Virus record (IMG/VR): IMGVR_UViG_3300044701_002726
Length of the DNA stretch: 58,842 nucleotides
Origin: an uncultured virus (IMG/VR IMGVR_UViG_3300044701_002726)
Taxonomy: Duplodnaviria; Heunggongvirae; Uroviricota; Caudoviricetes
Strand: one strand, 5' to 3'
Shown: in pieces, positions 28,167-38,037 of the stretch
Layout: every line of letters begins with the position of its first letter
Position numbering within the stretch: the first letter of the stretch is position 1
The notes under the pieces: model-generated
What the model was told of the DNA's origin: nothing
What the model saw: only the letters and a program-made list of their open reading frames with translations
Database searches by the model: none
Position numbers and translations under genes: made by a program

Positions 28167-28650
28167 TCATTATCTCTTTTAGTTTAGAAATAGTTTCATT
28201 CACATCTTTGTGCAGTATCGCAATTCCACCAGCTTCATTGAACGCATCAACAACATCTGGGGTATCGTCAATCAGTAAGTTGCCAGGAAATGCATAGTAT
28301 TTCTTCACTTTGCGGCCTGGAACAAAATTTTCGGGAACTTCAATTCCTTGATTGTATAACCACAAACGCTTTTGTTGACTTACCTCACTATGAAACGGAA
28401 TACCGCCTGTTGACGATAGAATTTCAATACGAACAGGTAACATGCCAACATAATCGATCAGTTCTGAAAAACCAGGAAACCTGTCGAGTGTGGCAAACTG
28501 TTCAGTACGAATAAACTCTTTCCAATTCTTTGAAAAATTTTTACGATCACGATCTTCACCAGCAGCACCTGTACCAAACAATTCTTTGTACCGTTTGTCG
28601 AAGTCTGCAAGGACTCCATCCATATCTAAGTATATTTTATTGATCTTCAC
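28150..28650 (-). CDS. HAD-superfamily 5'(3')-deoxyribonucleotidase-like protein
   Basis: YLDMDGVLADF, ILSS, QKRLWL, LLIDD. Confidence 0.85.
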   Translation of the reverse strand: MKINKIYLDMDGVLADFDKRYKELFGTGAAGEDRDRKNFSKNWKEFIRTEQFATLDRFPGFSELIDYVGMLPVRIEILSSTGGIPFHSEVSQQKRLWLYNQGIEVPENFVPGRKVKKYYAFPGNLLIDDTPDVVDAFNEAGGIAILHKDVNETISKLKEIMNENND

Positions 28651-29720
28651 TTCACTACCCTTAAAAGGATTGTATCATCATTTAAACGACCACTCAAAGC
28701 CGATTCTACGGCACGAATATTACTCAATGCATTACGCAAGTAGACTTTACCGCCAGACAATACTTCTGGCAAAGTTACTTCAGGCTTACGCAACTTTTTC
28801 TGTATAGATTTTTCTTCACTGAAATTCACAATTGACGATCCTTTGACACTTAGACCACCAGCATCAGAAGCCTGATACATACCGAGTTTACGCAACTTGG
28901 TATTGTATACCCACAACTGACTAACACCAATTATACTCTTAATGTCAACAGAAGTCAAGCCAAGTTCTTTAAACTCTCGGCAGTATTTTACTTTGGCAAC
29001 TAATTGTTCAGGCGACTTTTGTTTCTTCTTGCGAGGTTTACGAGACTGTGTTGCAATCTCGGCAAATTTGCCAGCATCAACAATCACCTGATCACAATAT
29101 GCTACAATTTTCTTGAGTTCTGTTTTCTTGAAATTGGAATAACCTTCTTTTAGGTCTTCTTCATCAGTATTCAATACATAATCAAACTCTGCTCGTTTGA
29201 GTTTTACCCAATCAAGAATTTGTTTTACATGTACGCCTTTTACCTCAAGTGTGTGCATAACAGAATACGGCGAAACATTGGCTTTGAATGAGGTGTCAAT
29301 CAGTTCATCGATTTGACCTTCTAGTTCACCAATACAAGCGTTTGCTTTTTCACGAATACGATCTTGAATATTAGATCCTGTTTTTACAACAACAGTTTCT
29401 TCTTTCTTTTCTAATAGTTCTGTTTTGATAGTTTGAATTTCGTTATCAAACCATTCTTTGTCTTTTTCAGTAAGAATAGAACCATTCGTTACGATACGAC
29501 AAATGAAACCAAAAGTAGAAGATTTACTTTTGACTACAGATTCTACATTGAGTTTGAATTTTTTCTTGAAGAAATCGGTAGCATATTTTACCGAATCTTT
29601 TTTGGATTTGTTTTGAGAATACCATGACAACATGCTGCCTAATTCAGAATTGGAAATTTCTTTTGCAACCTTAGGTTCACTACCGACAAATTTTTCGTTC
29701 GCATCAAGAATACGAGCCAT
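28647..29720 (-). CDS. Conserved hypothetical T4-like phage protein
   Basis: LWVYNTKLRKLG.Y, SIQKKLRKPE, GRLNDDTILLRV; preceded by tandem promoters. Confidence 0.75.
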   Translation of the reverse strand: MARILDANEKFVGSEPKVAKEISNSELGSMLSWYSQNKSKKDSVKYATDFFKKKFKLNVESVVKSKSSTFGFICRIVTNGSILTEKDKEWFDNEIQTIKTELLEKKEETVVVKTGSNIQDRIREKANACIGELEGQIDELIDTSFKANVSPYSVMHTLEVKGVHVKQILDWVKLKRAEFDYVLNTDEEDLKEGYSNFKKTELKKIVAYCDQVIVDAGKFAEIATQSRKPRKKKQKSPEQLVAKVKYCREFKELGLTSVDIKSIIGVSQLWVYNTKLRKLGMYQASDAGGLSVKGSSIVNFSEEKSIQKKLRKPEVTLPEVLSGGKVYLRNALSNIRAVESALSGRLNDDTILLRVVK

Positions 29721-29751
29721 TATAAATCTCCATTATTATCAATTAACTTAC

Positions 29752-29805
29752 ATTATATATCATTATGTGGCAATTGTCAAGCAGGTGTGTTGTTTATTTA
29801 CAACA
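29752..29805 (-). promoter_or_regulatory. Early promoter TTGACA-N17-TATAAT with TGTTG-N8-CAACA box (29788-29805)
   Basis: Perfect consensus; a second TTGACA-N18-TAGAAT at 29841-29870. Confidence 0.85.
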
Positions 29806-29882
29806 GTCTGGGTTAATTAATCTATAAGGCATATACCATAATTCTATCATAAAATACACCCAAATGTCAAATGCGGCAAACA

Positions 29883-30179
29883 TTATTTTTTGTTCATCCA
29901 TGCCGATACTCCCATAAATGCACCAACAATACCAGCTTGTGCTATGTAAAATAACCCTAGAAGATCAGCTAAAGCAGAAACTCTTTCATTTGATATGATA
30001 GGAGAAAACAGAAGAATTGTAAAAACTATCATACTCCAAATTGCAACCCAAGCCATACGGCGTTGAGCTGATTGTTTACGATTGTCTCTTTCAATCTCCT
30101 GTATTTTCTCCATTTCACTCAATTCATCTTCAGAAATATCACCATCACGATTTACATCATATTTTTTCACATTTGTCAT
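29883..30179 (-). CDS. Two-TM membrane protein with N-terminal EF-hand-like motif (holin-like size)
   Basis: DVNRDGDISEDE loop; two hydrophobic helices. Confidence 0.65.
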   Translation of the reverse strand: MTNVKKYDVNRDGDISEDELSEMEKIQEIERDNRKQSAQRRMAWVAIWSMIVFTILLFSPIISNERVSALADLLGLFYIAQAGIVGAFMGVSAWMNKK

Positions 30180-30544
30180 TCGATCACTTCTTCAATCACA
30201 TCATCTTTTCTTTCTTGTGATTGTTGTTGTGCTTTGGCACCAGATAATGCAGCATTTTCTCCAGTTCCAGCTAACATAATTCCAGAAAGTGTGCCAGTTA
30301 AGAATGTTGCGATTGGAATAATCAATTCAAAAAACTTTGCATCAATTGGACTTATAGCACCAAGAGGTTGTGATACAAACATAATACTGTAGAGAACGAC
30401 AAAAACTATACCTATAAGTGTTAAAGCAAGACAGACACCAATAAAAACTTTTAAACGAATCATAAGTTCATTGTCTGTCATTCTTGGTCGAACTGGCTGA
30501 ACAGTTTTTGGTTTCATCAACCAATCTTTAATAATTTCAATCAT
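30176..30544 (-). CDS. Two-TM membrane protein
   Basis: Two hydrophobic helices. Confidence 0.65.
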   Translation of the reverse strand: MIEIIKDWLMKPKTVQPVRPRMTDNELMIRLKVFIGVCLALTLIGIVFVVLYSIMFVSQPLGAISPIDAKFFELIIPIATFLTGTLSGIMLAGTGENAALSGAKAQQQSQERKDDVIEEVIE

Positions 30545-30750
30545 TTAGTATCTCCTCTTATTTTATCTAGTTCTTTGAGAACACCATTTTGATTTTCAAA
30601 AATATGTTCAGGACAAGTTCTACTTACCTCACATATTGGTTTTTGACATTCTTCACTTTTCCAATTTTTTGGATCTTGACATGCGTATCTATAACTTTCA
30701 AAATTGCAACCTGCTAATAATATAGGAACAAACAACATGACATATTTCAT
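30541..30750 (-). CDS. Small Cys-rich lipoprotein
   Basis: Lipobox LAGC; four further Cys. Confidence 0.7.
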   Translation of the reverse strand: MKYVMLFVPILLAGCNFESYRYACQDPKNWKSEECQKPICEVSRTCPEHIFENQNGVLKELDKIRGDTK

Positions 30751-30759
30751 GTTTCCTCC

Positions 30760-31236
30760 CTATTGAGCCAACGGATTGTCTAAAGCTTTCTTAATTTTAC
30801 TATCAACTTCTTTTTCTAAATTTTTCAATTCATCTCTGACATCTTTGACATCTTGCATAGTTTCTCGTTGAGTTTGTTTAACACTTCTTTCAACAGCATC
30901 AACTACACCCTCAAGTCTTCTTATGTCTTGCTTCAAGTTATTATTTATATCTCTAACATATTCGGTAGATTTTTCTGAGTTTTGTTCAAGTACTGCTATT
31001 TTTTTGTTTATTTCACTCAAGTCTGGTGCTACATATTCTTGTATTGCAGCCTTCATATCCATATAGTCTTTATACACTTCAAAAGCACCATATAAACCAC
31101 CAAGTACAGTAGTTAAAATAGTACCCGCAATCATAAGTTTTGCTGGTGTAAAATTGTATCCTCCAATGCTAATAACAGTATTTGGATCAACCGCAGACTC
31201 AAGTTTATCTACAGCTTCATCCATGTTTTTAGACAT
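30760..31236 (-). CDS. Single-TM coiled-coil protein
   Basis: TM helix then long heptad region ending ALDNPLA. Confidence 0.65.
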   Translation of the reverse strand: MSKNMDEAVDKLESAVDPNTVISIGGYNFTPAKLMIAGTILTTVLGGLYGAFEVYKDYMDMKAAIQEYVAPDLSEINKKIAVLEQNSEKSTEYVRDINNNLKQDIRRLEGVVDAVERSVKQTQRETMQDVKDVRDELKNLEKEVDSKIKKALDNPLAQ

Positions 31237-31237
31237 T

Positions 31238-31375
31238 CTACTCTCCCTTTTGTTTTTCTATTTGTTGTTGCACTACAGGAGTTATTGGTTCTCCAGTAGT
31301 ATGTTCTATTACTTTATTTGCACTCCACCAACCTAAAGCTGTGAAGAATCCTACAATAAATGCAGTTGCTGCCAT
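31238..31375 (-). CDS. Small membrane protein (45 aa)
   Basis: MAATAFIVGFFTALGWWSANKV...; fills the gap. Confidence 0.5.
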   Translation of the reverse strand: MAATAFIVGFFTALGWWSANKVIEHTTGEPITPVVQQQIEKQKGE

Positions 31376-31378
31376 TTT

Positions 31379-31885
31379 TTATCCTTTGTAGTTAATAATT
31401 GCAAAATCAATCATAAACCATATAAGAGTAATTCCAATTAATATGACAATTCCTGCCCCAACCCATACTTTTACATTACTAAAAAACTCTCTTCTTGCAA
31501 TCATCTGATCCATCATCATCTTGTTTCTTTTCTGACGAACTTCTTCTCGCATCTTTCTAAATTCATCATATCCATCACGACCTAAATGATTTAATTCTCC
31601 GTAATGAAACATATGGTAAATATCTTTTTCCATATCAATCAACTTCTGTTTTGCCGCAAGCATATCAAATGCTTCAGCAGTATCACTCTTTGCAAAACTT
31701 ATTTTTTCAAATAAGCCTGGCTTTCTCATCTTCTGTTTTTCTACGGCATGGTAAAAATCGCTTACATGACCAGCCCATTCTCCTAACTGACTATAGACAT
31801 CCTGAACTTCCTTCCCCAATTCAACTGCGTGTTTTACACCATTATATGCCGCTGTTACTGCCGCCATAATGGTAATTGGATCCAT
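31379..31885 (-). CDS. Hypothetical membrane protein
   Basis: MDPITIMAAVTAAY N-terminus; C-terminal TM. Confidence 0.65.
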   Translation of the reverse strand: MDPITIMAAVTAAYNGVKHAVELGKEVQDVYSQLGEWAGHVSDFYHAVEKQKMRKPGLFEKISFAKSDTAEAFDMLAAKQKLIDMEKDIYHMFHYGELNHLGRDGYDEFRKMREEVRQKRNKMMMDQMIARREFFSNVKVWVGAGIVILIGITLIWFMIDFAIINYKG

Positions 31886-33607
31886 TTATTTTTCCTTATA
31901 TTGGTCCTTCGTTAGATCATTGTACAGTCTGTCATTTGATTCGTTTAATAATCTTTGAGCCCTTCTATTGTCTCCTATAAATTGATTCTTGTATATATCT
32001 TCTGACTTATAGAACTGTCCATCTTTTAATGCTTGATTTGTATATGCAGTTAAATCTATTGGAGATTTAGCAAGAGTATCAATACTTGCACCTGTTGCCA
32101 GATCATTATCTTTCACATCCTTCTTTACTGTTTTCTCTTCTTCTTTGACTTCTTTGATCTCTACTTTAACTTGATTGCCAAGATCAGTAGTGTTAGTGGT
32201 ATCAAATGAAGTTACCTTTACTACCTCTTCAGTCTTTTCTTCTTTCTCAGCAAATGTCGTTTGTGAAGATTGTGTAGACTGTTTTGTTTCTTCTTGTTCT
32301 TTACTTTCGTCAAAGAATTTTTCTTCTTGCTTGTTATCACTCATTGCAATTTCAATAGATACTAGACTTGAGACTGCAATATTTTGTAACGCCTCTTCTG
32401 TGCCTGTAAAATTTGGATTGGCATCTTCAGAAAGGGATTGTTCGATAGATTGATTTACTACCTTCAGTGCTTCAGTATTATCTATAGCATCTCTAACAAC
32501 TGACATCAATAGATTTCGATCTACTTCTTTCTTTTCTTTCTCTTCCTCTTTGACTGACTCTTTTAATACTTCTGGCTTGTCATCTGGTACTGATATCTCA
32601 CCTGTTGCAGATAGTTCTACGCCACCAACATCGACATTTGTTTCAGACTTTGTTGAATCTTCTACAACAATTACAGGTGCAGATTGAACTACTTCAGCAG
32701 TAGGTTCATCTTTCTTTTGTTCCTCAAGTTTTTTTGCCATTGCGGCACCATAGCCAGGACAATCTGGATCGTATGTCGCATCAGCAGTACATGCTTGCTG
32801 GAACGCTAATGCCTCTGCGTATCCTGGACAGAACAGACTTGCAAGTGGTCCTAATACTGAACACACCGTTGACTCTAGTGCTTGCTGAAATCCTGGACAT
32901 CCAATATCAAATAATGGATCAGCAGAGCATGCTAGATTGTATTGTTGGAGTTCCCATGCCGCTTGATATCCTGGACAATCAACAGAATATAAAGGATTTG
33001 ATGCACAAGGATCAGAAGTATAGTTTACAGACAAAGAAACATTCTTAATCTCTGGTCCGTAATACCCACCCCAGAATCCACCATCTCTTCCTTCAAACCT
33101 CATTGTAATACTTTGAGGGTCAAGATATGAAGTGGAAAACATTCTTGAACCAGAAACAAAATTCCATTGATCATTTACTCCTGGTCCTACCGTACCATTC
33201 AAATTTAAGTGTGTTGCTTCTGTTGCAAAACCAGTAGATGTAGTTAACCATATTGATGCAGACAAATAATCAGTCTGAAGACTATTGTTGGGCATATGCC
33301 TATAATCAAAAGAATAATTATATCCAGATACTTGAATACCAGTACCACCCAATGCTTGTTGCAGTCCTATAGTTTGAACTAATGTGTCCAGTCCATATGA
33401 AAACATTATTGTGTTTGTAGAAGTGTCATACAATGCACCAGATCCACTTATAGACGCACAACAACCTCCGGGATCTACACCATAAGTAGCACCTGACCAA
33501 TTGTTATTATTGATCAGATTCGCAGAGGTCTGTTCTTGTGCGTTAGAGTAGGAAAAAGAGCAGAGTAAGAATACCCAGCCCAGTACCAAGTGTTTTAGCA
33601 GTGTCAT
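31886..33607 (-). CDS. Secreted protein with C-x2-(D/N)PLY-x3-CPGY repeats and acidic C-terminus
   Basis: Signal peptide; four Cys-pair repeats. Confidence 0.7.
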   Translation of the reverse strand: MTLLKHLVLGWVFLLCSFSYSNAQEQTSANLINNNNWSGATYGVDPGGCCASISGSGALYDTSTNTIMFSYGLDTLVQTIGLQQALGGTGIQVSGYNYSFDYRHMPNNSLQTDYLSASIWLTTSTGFATEATHLNLNGTVGPGVNDQWNFVSGSRMFSTSYLDPQSITMRFEGRDGGFWGGYYGPEIKNVSLSVNYTSDPCASNPLYSVDCPGYQAAWELQQYNLACSADPLFDIGCPGFQQALESTVCSVLGPLASLFCPGYAEALAFQQACTADATYDPDCPGYGAAMAKKLEEQKKDEPTAEVVQSAPVIVVEDSTKSETNVDVGGVELSATGEISVPDDKPEVLKESVKEEEKEKKEVDRNLLMSVVRDAIDNTEALKVVNQSIEQSLSEDANPNFTGTEEALQNIAVSSLVSIEIAMSDNKQEEKFFDESKEQEETKQSTQSSQTTFAEKEEKTEEVVKVTSFDTTNTTDLGNQVKVEIKEVKEEEKTVKKDVKDNDLATGASIDTLAKSPIDLTAYTNQALKDGQFYKSEDIYKNQFIGDNRRAQRLLNESNDRLYNDLTKDQYKEK

Positions 33608-34472
33608 CTTTTTTCTCTACAACAGGTTCTGGAATACGATCTGCGTTTTCACTCCATGCAACTTTTGCCGCTTCTCCAATTCTACCGTCAATGGGGCAAG
33701 GAGTTCCAGCAGCCATCATTGCATCCCAGACTCTTCTATCTTGACACATTGTAGCAACAGCTGCAACTTTCATACCCATATCAAAGAGAGTCTTTGAAAG
33801 TTTTAGTCTTTCACAGTTCATGTCTCTAATTGTTGCACCACCAGCAATACCAAGTATCTGAGTTTGAATTGCTCCAGATACACCAGTAGTACAAAGATCA
33901 GAATTACCGCCGCTCATCATTGATGGTGCTATAGCAGAAGGTGGAGGAGACTCTATCTTCTGATTAATGTCAGAACGATTGTAGTTATCATTCTTATTAT
34001 TTGAATCGATTCTTTGATCTGAAGTGCTTGTGCTAGTACTACTATTTACATTCGTATTTACATTTGTACTAGTGCTTGTATTGTTATTATTATTAGTATT
34101 TACGGAAGTACTATCAATGACACTATTGCTGGTACTTGTGCTATTGTTAGTATTTAAATTAGTACTGGTAGAAGTGCTACTGTTTATGTTTGTATTTAGG
34201 TTGGTACTATTTGAAGTACTTGTATTTACATTGTTATTGTTGTTTGTACTTGTTGAAGTGCTAGTGCTAGTATTGACATTTGTGTTAGTAGCTGTGCTAT
34301 TAACAGTGGTGTCATTGATATTGTTATTAAAATTATTATTTGTGTTTGTACTTGTTACGGTGCTAGTAGATGTTGAATTATTGTTTGTATCTACTAGAGT
34401 TGTCGAGTCATAGGTCTGTGCGTGTAGTAATGATGAAGCCGTAATCATAACGATTGCGACTAACTTTTTCAT
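33543..34472 (-). CDS. Secreted protein with S/T/N-rich repeats, Cys-containing domain and C-terminal anchor
   Basis: Signal peptide; STSTSTNxNTN repeats; PPPSAIAPS...CERLKLSKTL.DMGMKVAAVATMCQD. Confidence 0.75.
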   Translation of the reverse strand: MKKLVAIVMITASSLLHAQTYDSTTLVDTNNNSTSTSTVTSTNTNNNFNNNINDTTVNSTATNTNVNTSTSTSTSTNNNNNVNTSTSNSTNLNTNINSSTSTSTNLNTNNSTSTSNSVIDSTSVNTNNNNNTSTSTNVNTNVNSSTSTSTSDQRIDSNNKNDNYNRSDINQKIESPPPSAIAPSMMSGGNSDLCTTGVSGAIQTQILGIAGGATIRDMNCERLKLSKTLFDMGMKVAAVATMCQDRRVWDAMMAAGTPCPIDGRIGEAAKVAWSENADRIPEPVVEKKDDTAKTLGTGLGILTLLFFLL

Positions 34473-34551
34473 GATAGTTTTTTAATCTCCTATAGAATTC
34501 ATTTAATAGTATAATTCGAAAGAAGAAAAATAAAAAAAATCATTTACTGTA

Positions 34552-34559
34552 TATTTATA
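34552..34559 (-). promoter_or_regulatory. T4-type late promoter TATAAATA
   Basis: Perfect consensus upstream of the secreted-protein module. Confidence 0.7.
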
Positions 34560-34568
34560 ACAGTTTTG

Positions 34569-34645
34569 TGGTGCGCCCGGAGGGACTTGAACCCCCAACC
34601 AACGGATTATGAGTCCGCTGCTCTGACCAATTGAGCTACAGGCGC
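34569..34645 (-). tRNA. tRNA with CAT anticodon, Ile2 (lysidine)-type
   Basis: Cloverleaf, GCGGA-CTCATAA-TCCGT, encoded CCA; Ile2 vs Met identity inferred from body sequence. Confidence 0.88.
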
Positions 34646-34655
34646 AATGTTTGTA

Positions 34656-35129
34656 TTATACAACTATTTTAAGAAGACTTTCAAGGTGTTTTTTGTCTAT
34701 ATCAAGGTACTTAATCACTTCTTCTGGTTTAACGAAAGCATCTTCATTATAATCACACTGTTCCCACCACCAAAATTGTTGCTCACGAAGATATTTTCTA
34801 TCTTTCAACAGATTTATGTTTTCTGGATGTCCAAAAATTGTTGGGTCAGATTGACCAAAAAGAACTATACCTGGTTTACCAATATCCCAAGCTAAATGTT
34901 GAAAGAAACTATCTACAGATATCCAAGTTCTGCAATTTTCAATCAATGCAGTTAATTCCAGTACACTCAAGTTTTTTCTAAAATCATCTACTAATTGTTT
35001 TTCTCCATCAATACCAACTTGAATAATAGGTTCTTTGATTAATGAGATTAGTTCAGGCCACCAAGGATAATTTTTAGGATTATTTTTATCGTTTCTTAAT
35101 TTTTTAGCGTAAGGTGATATTATAATCAT
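34656..35129 (-). CDS. GT9-like (heptosyltransferase-type) protein, C-terminal-domain size
   Basis: KNYPWWPELI, WISVDSFFQHLA...KPGIVLFG. Confidence 0.75.
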   Translation of the reverse strand: MIIISPYAKKLRNDKNNPKNYPWWPELISLIKEPIIQVGIDGEKQLVDDFRKNLSVLELTALIENCRTWISVDSFFQHLAWDIGKPGIVLFGQSDPTIFGHPENINLLKDRKYLREQQFWWWEQCDYNEDAFVKPEEVIKYLDIDKKHLESLLKIVV

Positions 35130-36103
35130 TTTTCTACTCCATACAATTTTCTAAATGCGTTTTCAAGACTATCTTTCCATTTCCATTGGTCCATTTTAGT
35201 ATAAACATTAAACGAACTAATATCACCAAATCTTTGAATTGCCTCAGCAATACTTTTGCCAGGAATTATTTCTGGATAACAAGAAAACACTATTGGATTC
35301 TGAATGTCTTTCAATACTCGTTTGAATACAATATGATCACCTAAACCACAATCTAAAACAACTGGTGTATACTCTTTTAATCCTAAAATATTGTTGAATA
35401 TTTGTTCATCGTGAGCAAACATGTCTTGAGTACTAGTTCTAATACCACCTTGACGATTCTTTAAATGCCAAACTACAGCATCAGGCACAACCAATAGTCT
35501 ATAACCTTTTTGTCTAAATGCATAAGTGAATAATGTTTCTTCTCTGTGTGCAGCTCTAGACAATGCCAAATTGTAATCACATATTCCAGCACGATACAGA
35601 AATGAACAATGCAAGTGATCAACTTCTCTCACAACTCTAACATGATCCCATTGCATATTTGGTTCATGCCAAATATCTTCTATTTTTCCTGTACAAGCAA
35701 TTCGTATCGTTTCAAATGGGGGTGTTAAAACTGAACCACCAACAGCTCCAACATCATCATGATTTTGGATATAAGAATACAGATTCTTTAAAGCATTAGG
35801 TTCTGCAACTGTATCATCATCCAATCTCCATACTAAATCATAACCCATTTTATTTGCAATTTGATGATTAAAATGTTGCCCTTTTCTTGCACCAAATAAA
35901 ACTTCCCATGTGATTTTCTTTTCTTCTAAGATAGAAAATAGATATGCATAGTGCTGCATCTCTCTCATATCTTTTGGGTCATCATTATCATCAAAAATGA
36001 CTAAGTGATCTGGTAATTTTTCTTGTGCAATTACAGATTGTATTGCCATAGGTAAGGTAGTATCATACCTTCCTCTAGTCGATATGGAACATAGTACTCT
36101 CAT
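35126..36103 (-). CDS. Glycosyltransferase family 2 (C-terminus has a GT9-like GLGD motif)
   Basis: VIFDD, VWRLDDD, GAVGG; DCGLGDHIVF. Confidence 0.8.
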   Translation of the reverse strand: MRVLCSISTRGRYDTTLPMAIQSVIAQEKLPDHLVIFDDNDDPKDMREMQHYAYLFSILEEKKITWEVLFGARKGQHFNHQIANKMGYDLVWRLDDDTVAEPNALKNLYSYIQNHDDVGAVGGSVLTPPFETIRIACTGKIEDIWHEPNMQWDHVRVVREVDHLHCSFLYRAGICDYNLALSRAAHREETLFTYAFRQKGYRLLVVPDAVVWHLKNRQGGIRTSTQDMFAHDEQIFNNILGLKEYTPVVLDCGLGDHIVFKRVLKDIQNPIVFSCYPEIIPGKSIAEAIQRFGDISSFNVYTKMDQWKWKDSLENAFRKLYGVEK

Positions 36104-38037
36104 TTAAAAGCCTCTACATTTAAAAATAAGTGAACGGTGTGTGGCATAACATATTTTGAAGCTGGATCTTTTCTGGTAATATTTTTAAAACCTGCCCATC
36201 CCAAATTAGTTCTTAATTGTTGTTCAGTAAAAAGAAACTTATGTGTTTGTCCTGGAACCCAAGGGTGTGCAAAAAAGTGCCCATATAGTAAAACTCTCCA
36301 ATCTTCAATATCCATTGTTGGTGATCCTTCAACAAATGACCGACAGGTCTCTAAAAAGTCTGGAGTTTCCAACCATAATCTTCCACCTGACTTCAATACA
36401 CGAAACCATTCTTCCAATACATCTTTAATCTCAAAGAAGTGAAAATGCTCAATGATATGAAATGCCTTTATTTCATCTACAGAGTTATCGTCATATGGCA
36501 ACTTCTGTACATCAAATCTAGCATCACAAACTGCATCATCGGGTGCATACAAATCTATGTTTATATATCCTTCAGTATAATCATGACCACATGCTAAATG
36601 CAACTTAAGTGAATCTAGCATTTCGTGTTTATTCTTCAATAAAGGCATTTTAGATTTACCAATTGAAGCCTGAGAAGTGTTTCTATGCAAATAAAAGATA
36701 GTTTGAATTTTCTTATCAACAAATTTATAATTACTTTTCCATAGACGAATCCACATATCCCAATCTTCTACACTATCAAGATTGCTATCAAATGAATTTT
36801 GAATAAAACAATCTTTTTTAGCAACAACTGAAGATATCCATATGAAATTTTTATACAACAGTTGTTTTCCAATAAAATCTTTTGGAATAGGTATGTTGAT
36901 AATATCCATCTTAGAATAGTTTTCATCTATAACAGTTGGTTTAGAGTAAACGATATCATACTCATTCGTATAAACTAAACTAGTCTCTAAATGATTTTCC
37001 ATCCAAGAATCATCAGAATCTAAAAATGCAATAATCTCACAACCATCTTTTATGGCCTGTTGTATTAGGAAATTTCTGCCATAACTTTGCCCTCTATTTT
37101 CATCACCTCTAAAGTAACGAATGGTTGGATCATTGTTAGACAAGAAAGAAACTGCATCTTGTAAATTGTCTGTAGAATTGTCATCATATATGTAATGTAC
37201 AACATCTTTATAAGTCTGTACCTTAACAGAATTGATACACTTGAACATATGATGAATGTCATTATAAATTGGTGTAATGACAGCAACAGTATTTTTTGTT
37301 ATACCTCTATTTACCCAATAAGGATTATGTTTCAAAGCAACTCTAAAAGAATTTTTAAGAAAGTTAGAACTCCAATTCTGAACTAAAGTTTGATCATGAA
37401 CAGTTCCTTCAGCTAAGTGATATATTGGATAGTTACCTGTATAAAATTTATTTGGGCTATGTGTTTTGGACACACACTCTTCGATTGTAAATCCATTGTC
37501 TTCTGCTAAGACACAAAACTCCATGTCTTCACAAGAACCAACACCATATTCTTCGTTTAGTAGACCTATTTTATTAAATACTTTTCTATCAATCATAACA
37601 CAGAAAAATATAGCAAAGTGTCTCATCAATACTGTTGAAAATTCTTTGACAACACATGAAATTCCACAATTTTGATTTTTAGAGAATTGGTCTTCCAATA
37701 CAGTCAACCATAAATTATGGGTTTGCTCTAAAAGAATACAATCATTGTTCAATAGAACTACTTTATCGCAAGTGGTTAATTTAATTCCCTCATTCGTTGC
37801 TTTTGGATATCCCAATGGTTGATCGTTCCAAGCATACTTGAAATTATCCTTTAAATTGAGTTTCGCAAAATATTCAGTCAACTCTTCTAGATATTGTTTT
37901 GTATTATCAGTACATCCATTTGCAGATATAACCAATTCTATATCTTTTACAGAAGAATACTTAAGTATTGACTCAACACACGGCTTTAATAAATCATCAC
38001 AGTGATTGTAAGTTGGTATGACTATAGAATATTTCAT
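36100..38037 (-). CDS. Tandem GT2-GT2 glycosyltransferase fused to SAM methyltransferase
   Basis: SIVIPTYN..LLNND; AVITPIYN..FLDSDD; LHLACG...HIIEH...VLKSGG. Confidence 0.85.
   Translation of the reverse strand: MKYSIVIPTYNHCDDLLKPCVESILKYSSVKDIELVISANGCTDNTKQYLEELTEYFAKLNLKDNFKYAWNDQPLGYPKATNEGIKLTTCDKVVLLNNDCILLEQTHNLWLTVLEDQFSKNQNCGISCVVKEFSTVLMRHFAIFFCVMIDRKVFNKIGLLNEEYGVGSCEDMEFCVLAEDNGFTIEECVSKTHSPNKFYTGNYPIYHLAEGTVHDQTLVQNWSSNFLKNSFRVALKHNPYWVNRGITKNTVAVITPIYNDIHHMFKCINSVKVQTYKDVVHYIYDDNSTDNLQDAVSFLSNNDPTIRYFRGDENRGQSYGRNFLIQQAIKDGCEIIAFLDSDDSWMENHLETSLVYTNEYDIVYSKPTVIDENYSKMDIINIPIPKDFIGKQLLYKNFIWISSVVAKKDCFIQNSFDSNLDSVEDWDMWIRLWKSNYKFVDKKIQTIFYLHRNTSQASIGKSKMPLLKNKHEMLDSLKLHLACGHDYTEGYINIDLYAPDDAVCDARFDVQKLPYDDNSVDEIKAFHIIEHFHFFEIKDVLEEWFRVLKSGGRLWLETPDFLETCRSFVEGSPTMDIEDWRVLLYGHFFAHPWVPGQTHKFLFTEQQLRTNLGWAGFKNITRKDPASKYVMPHTVHLFLNVEAFK

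Noticed and set aside
34024..34413. Very hydrophobic V/L ORF on the + strand
   Set aside because: Antisense shadow of the S/T/N repeat tract of 33543-34472
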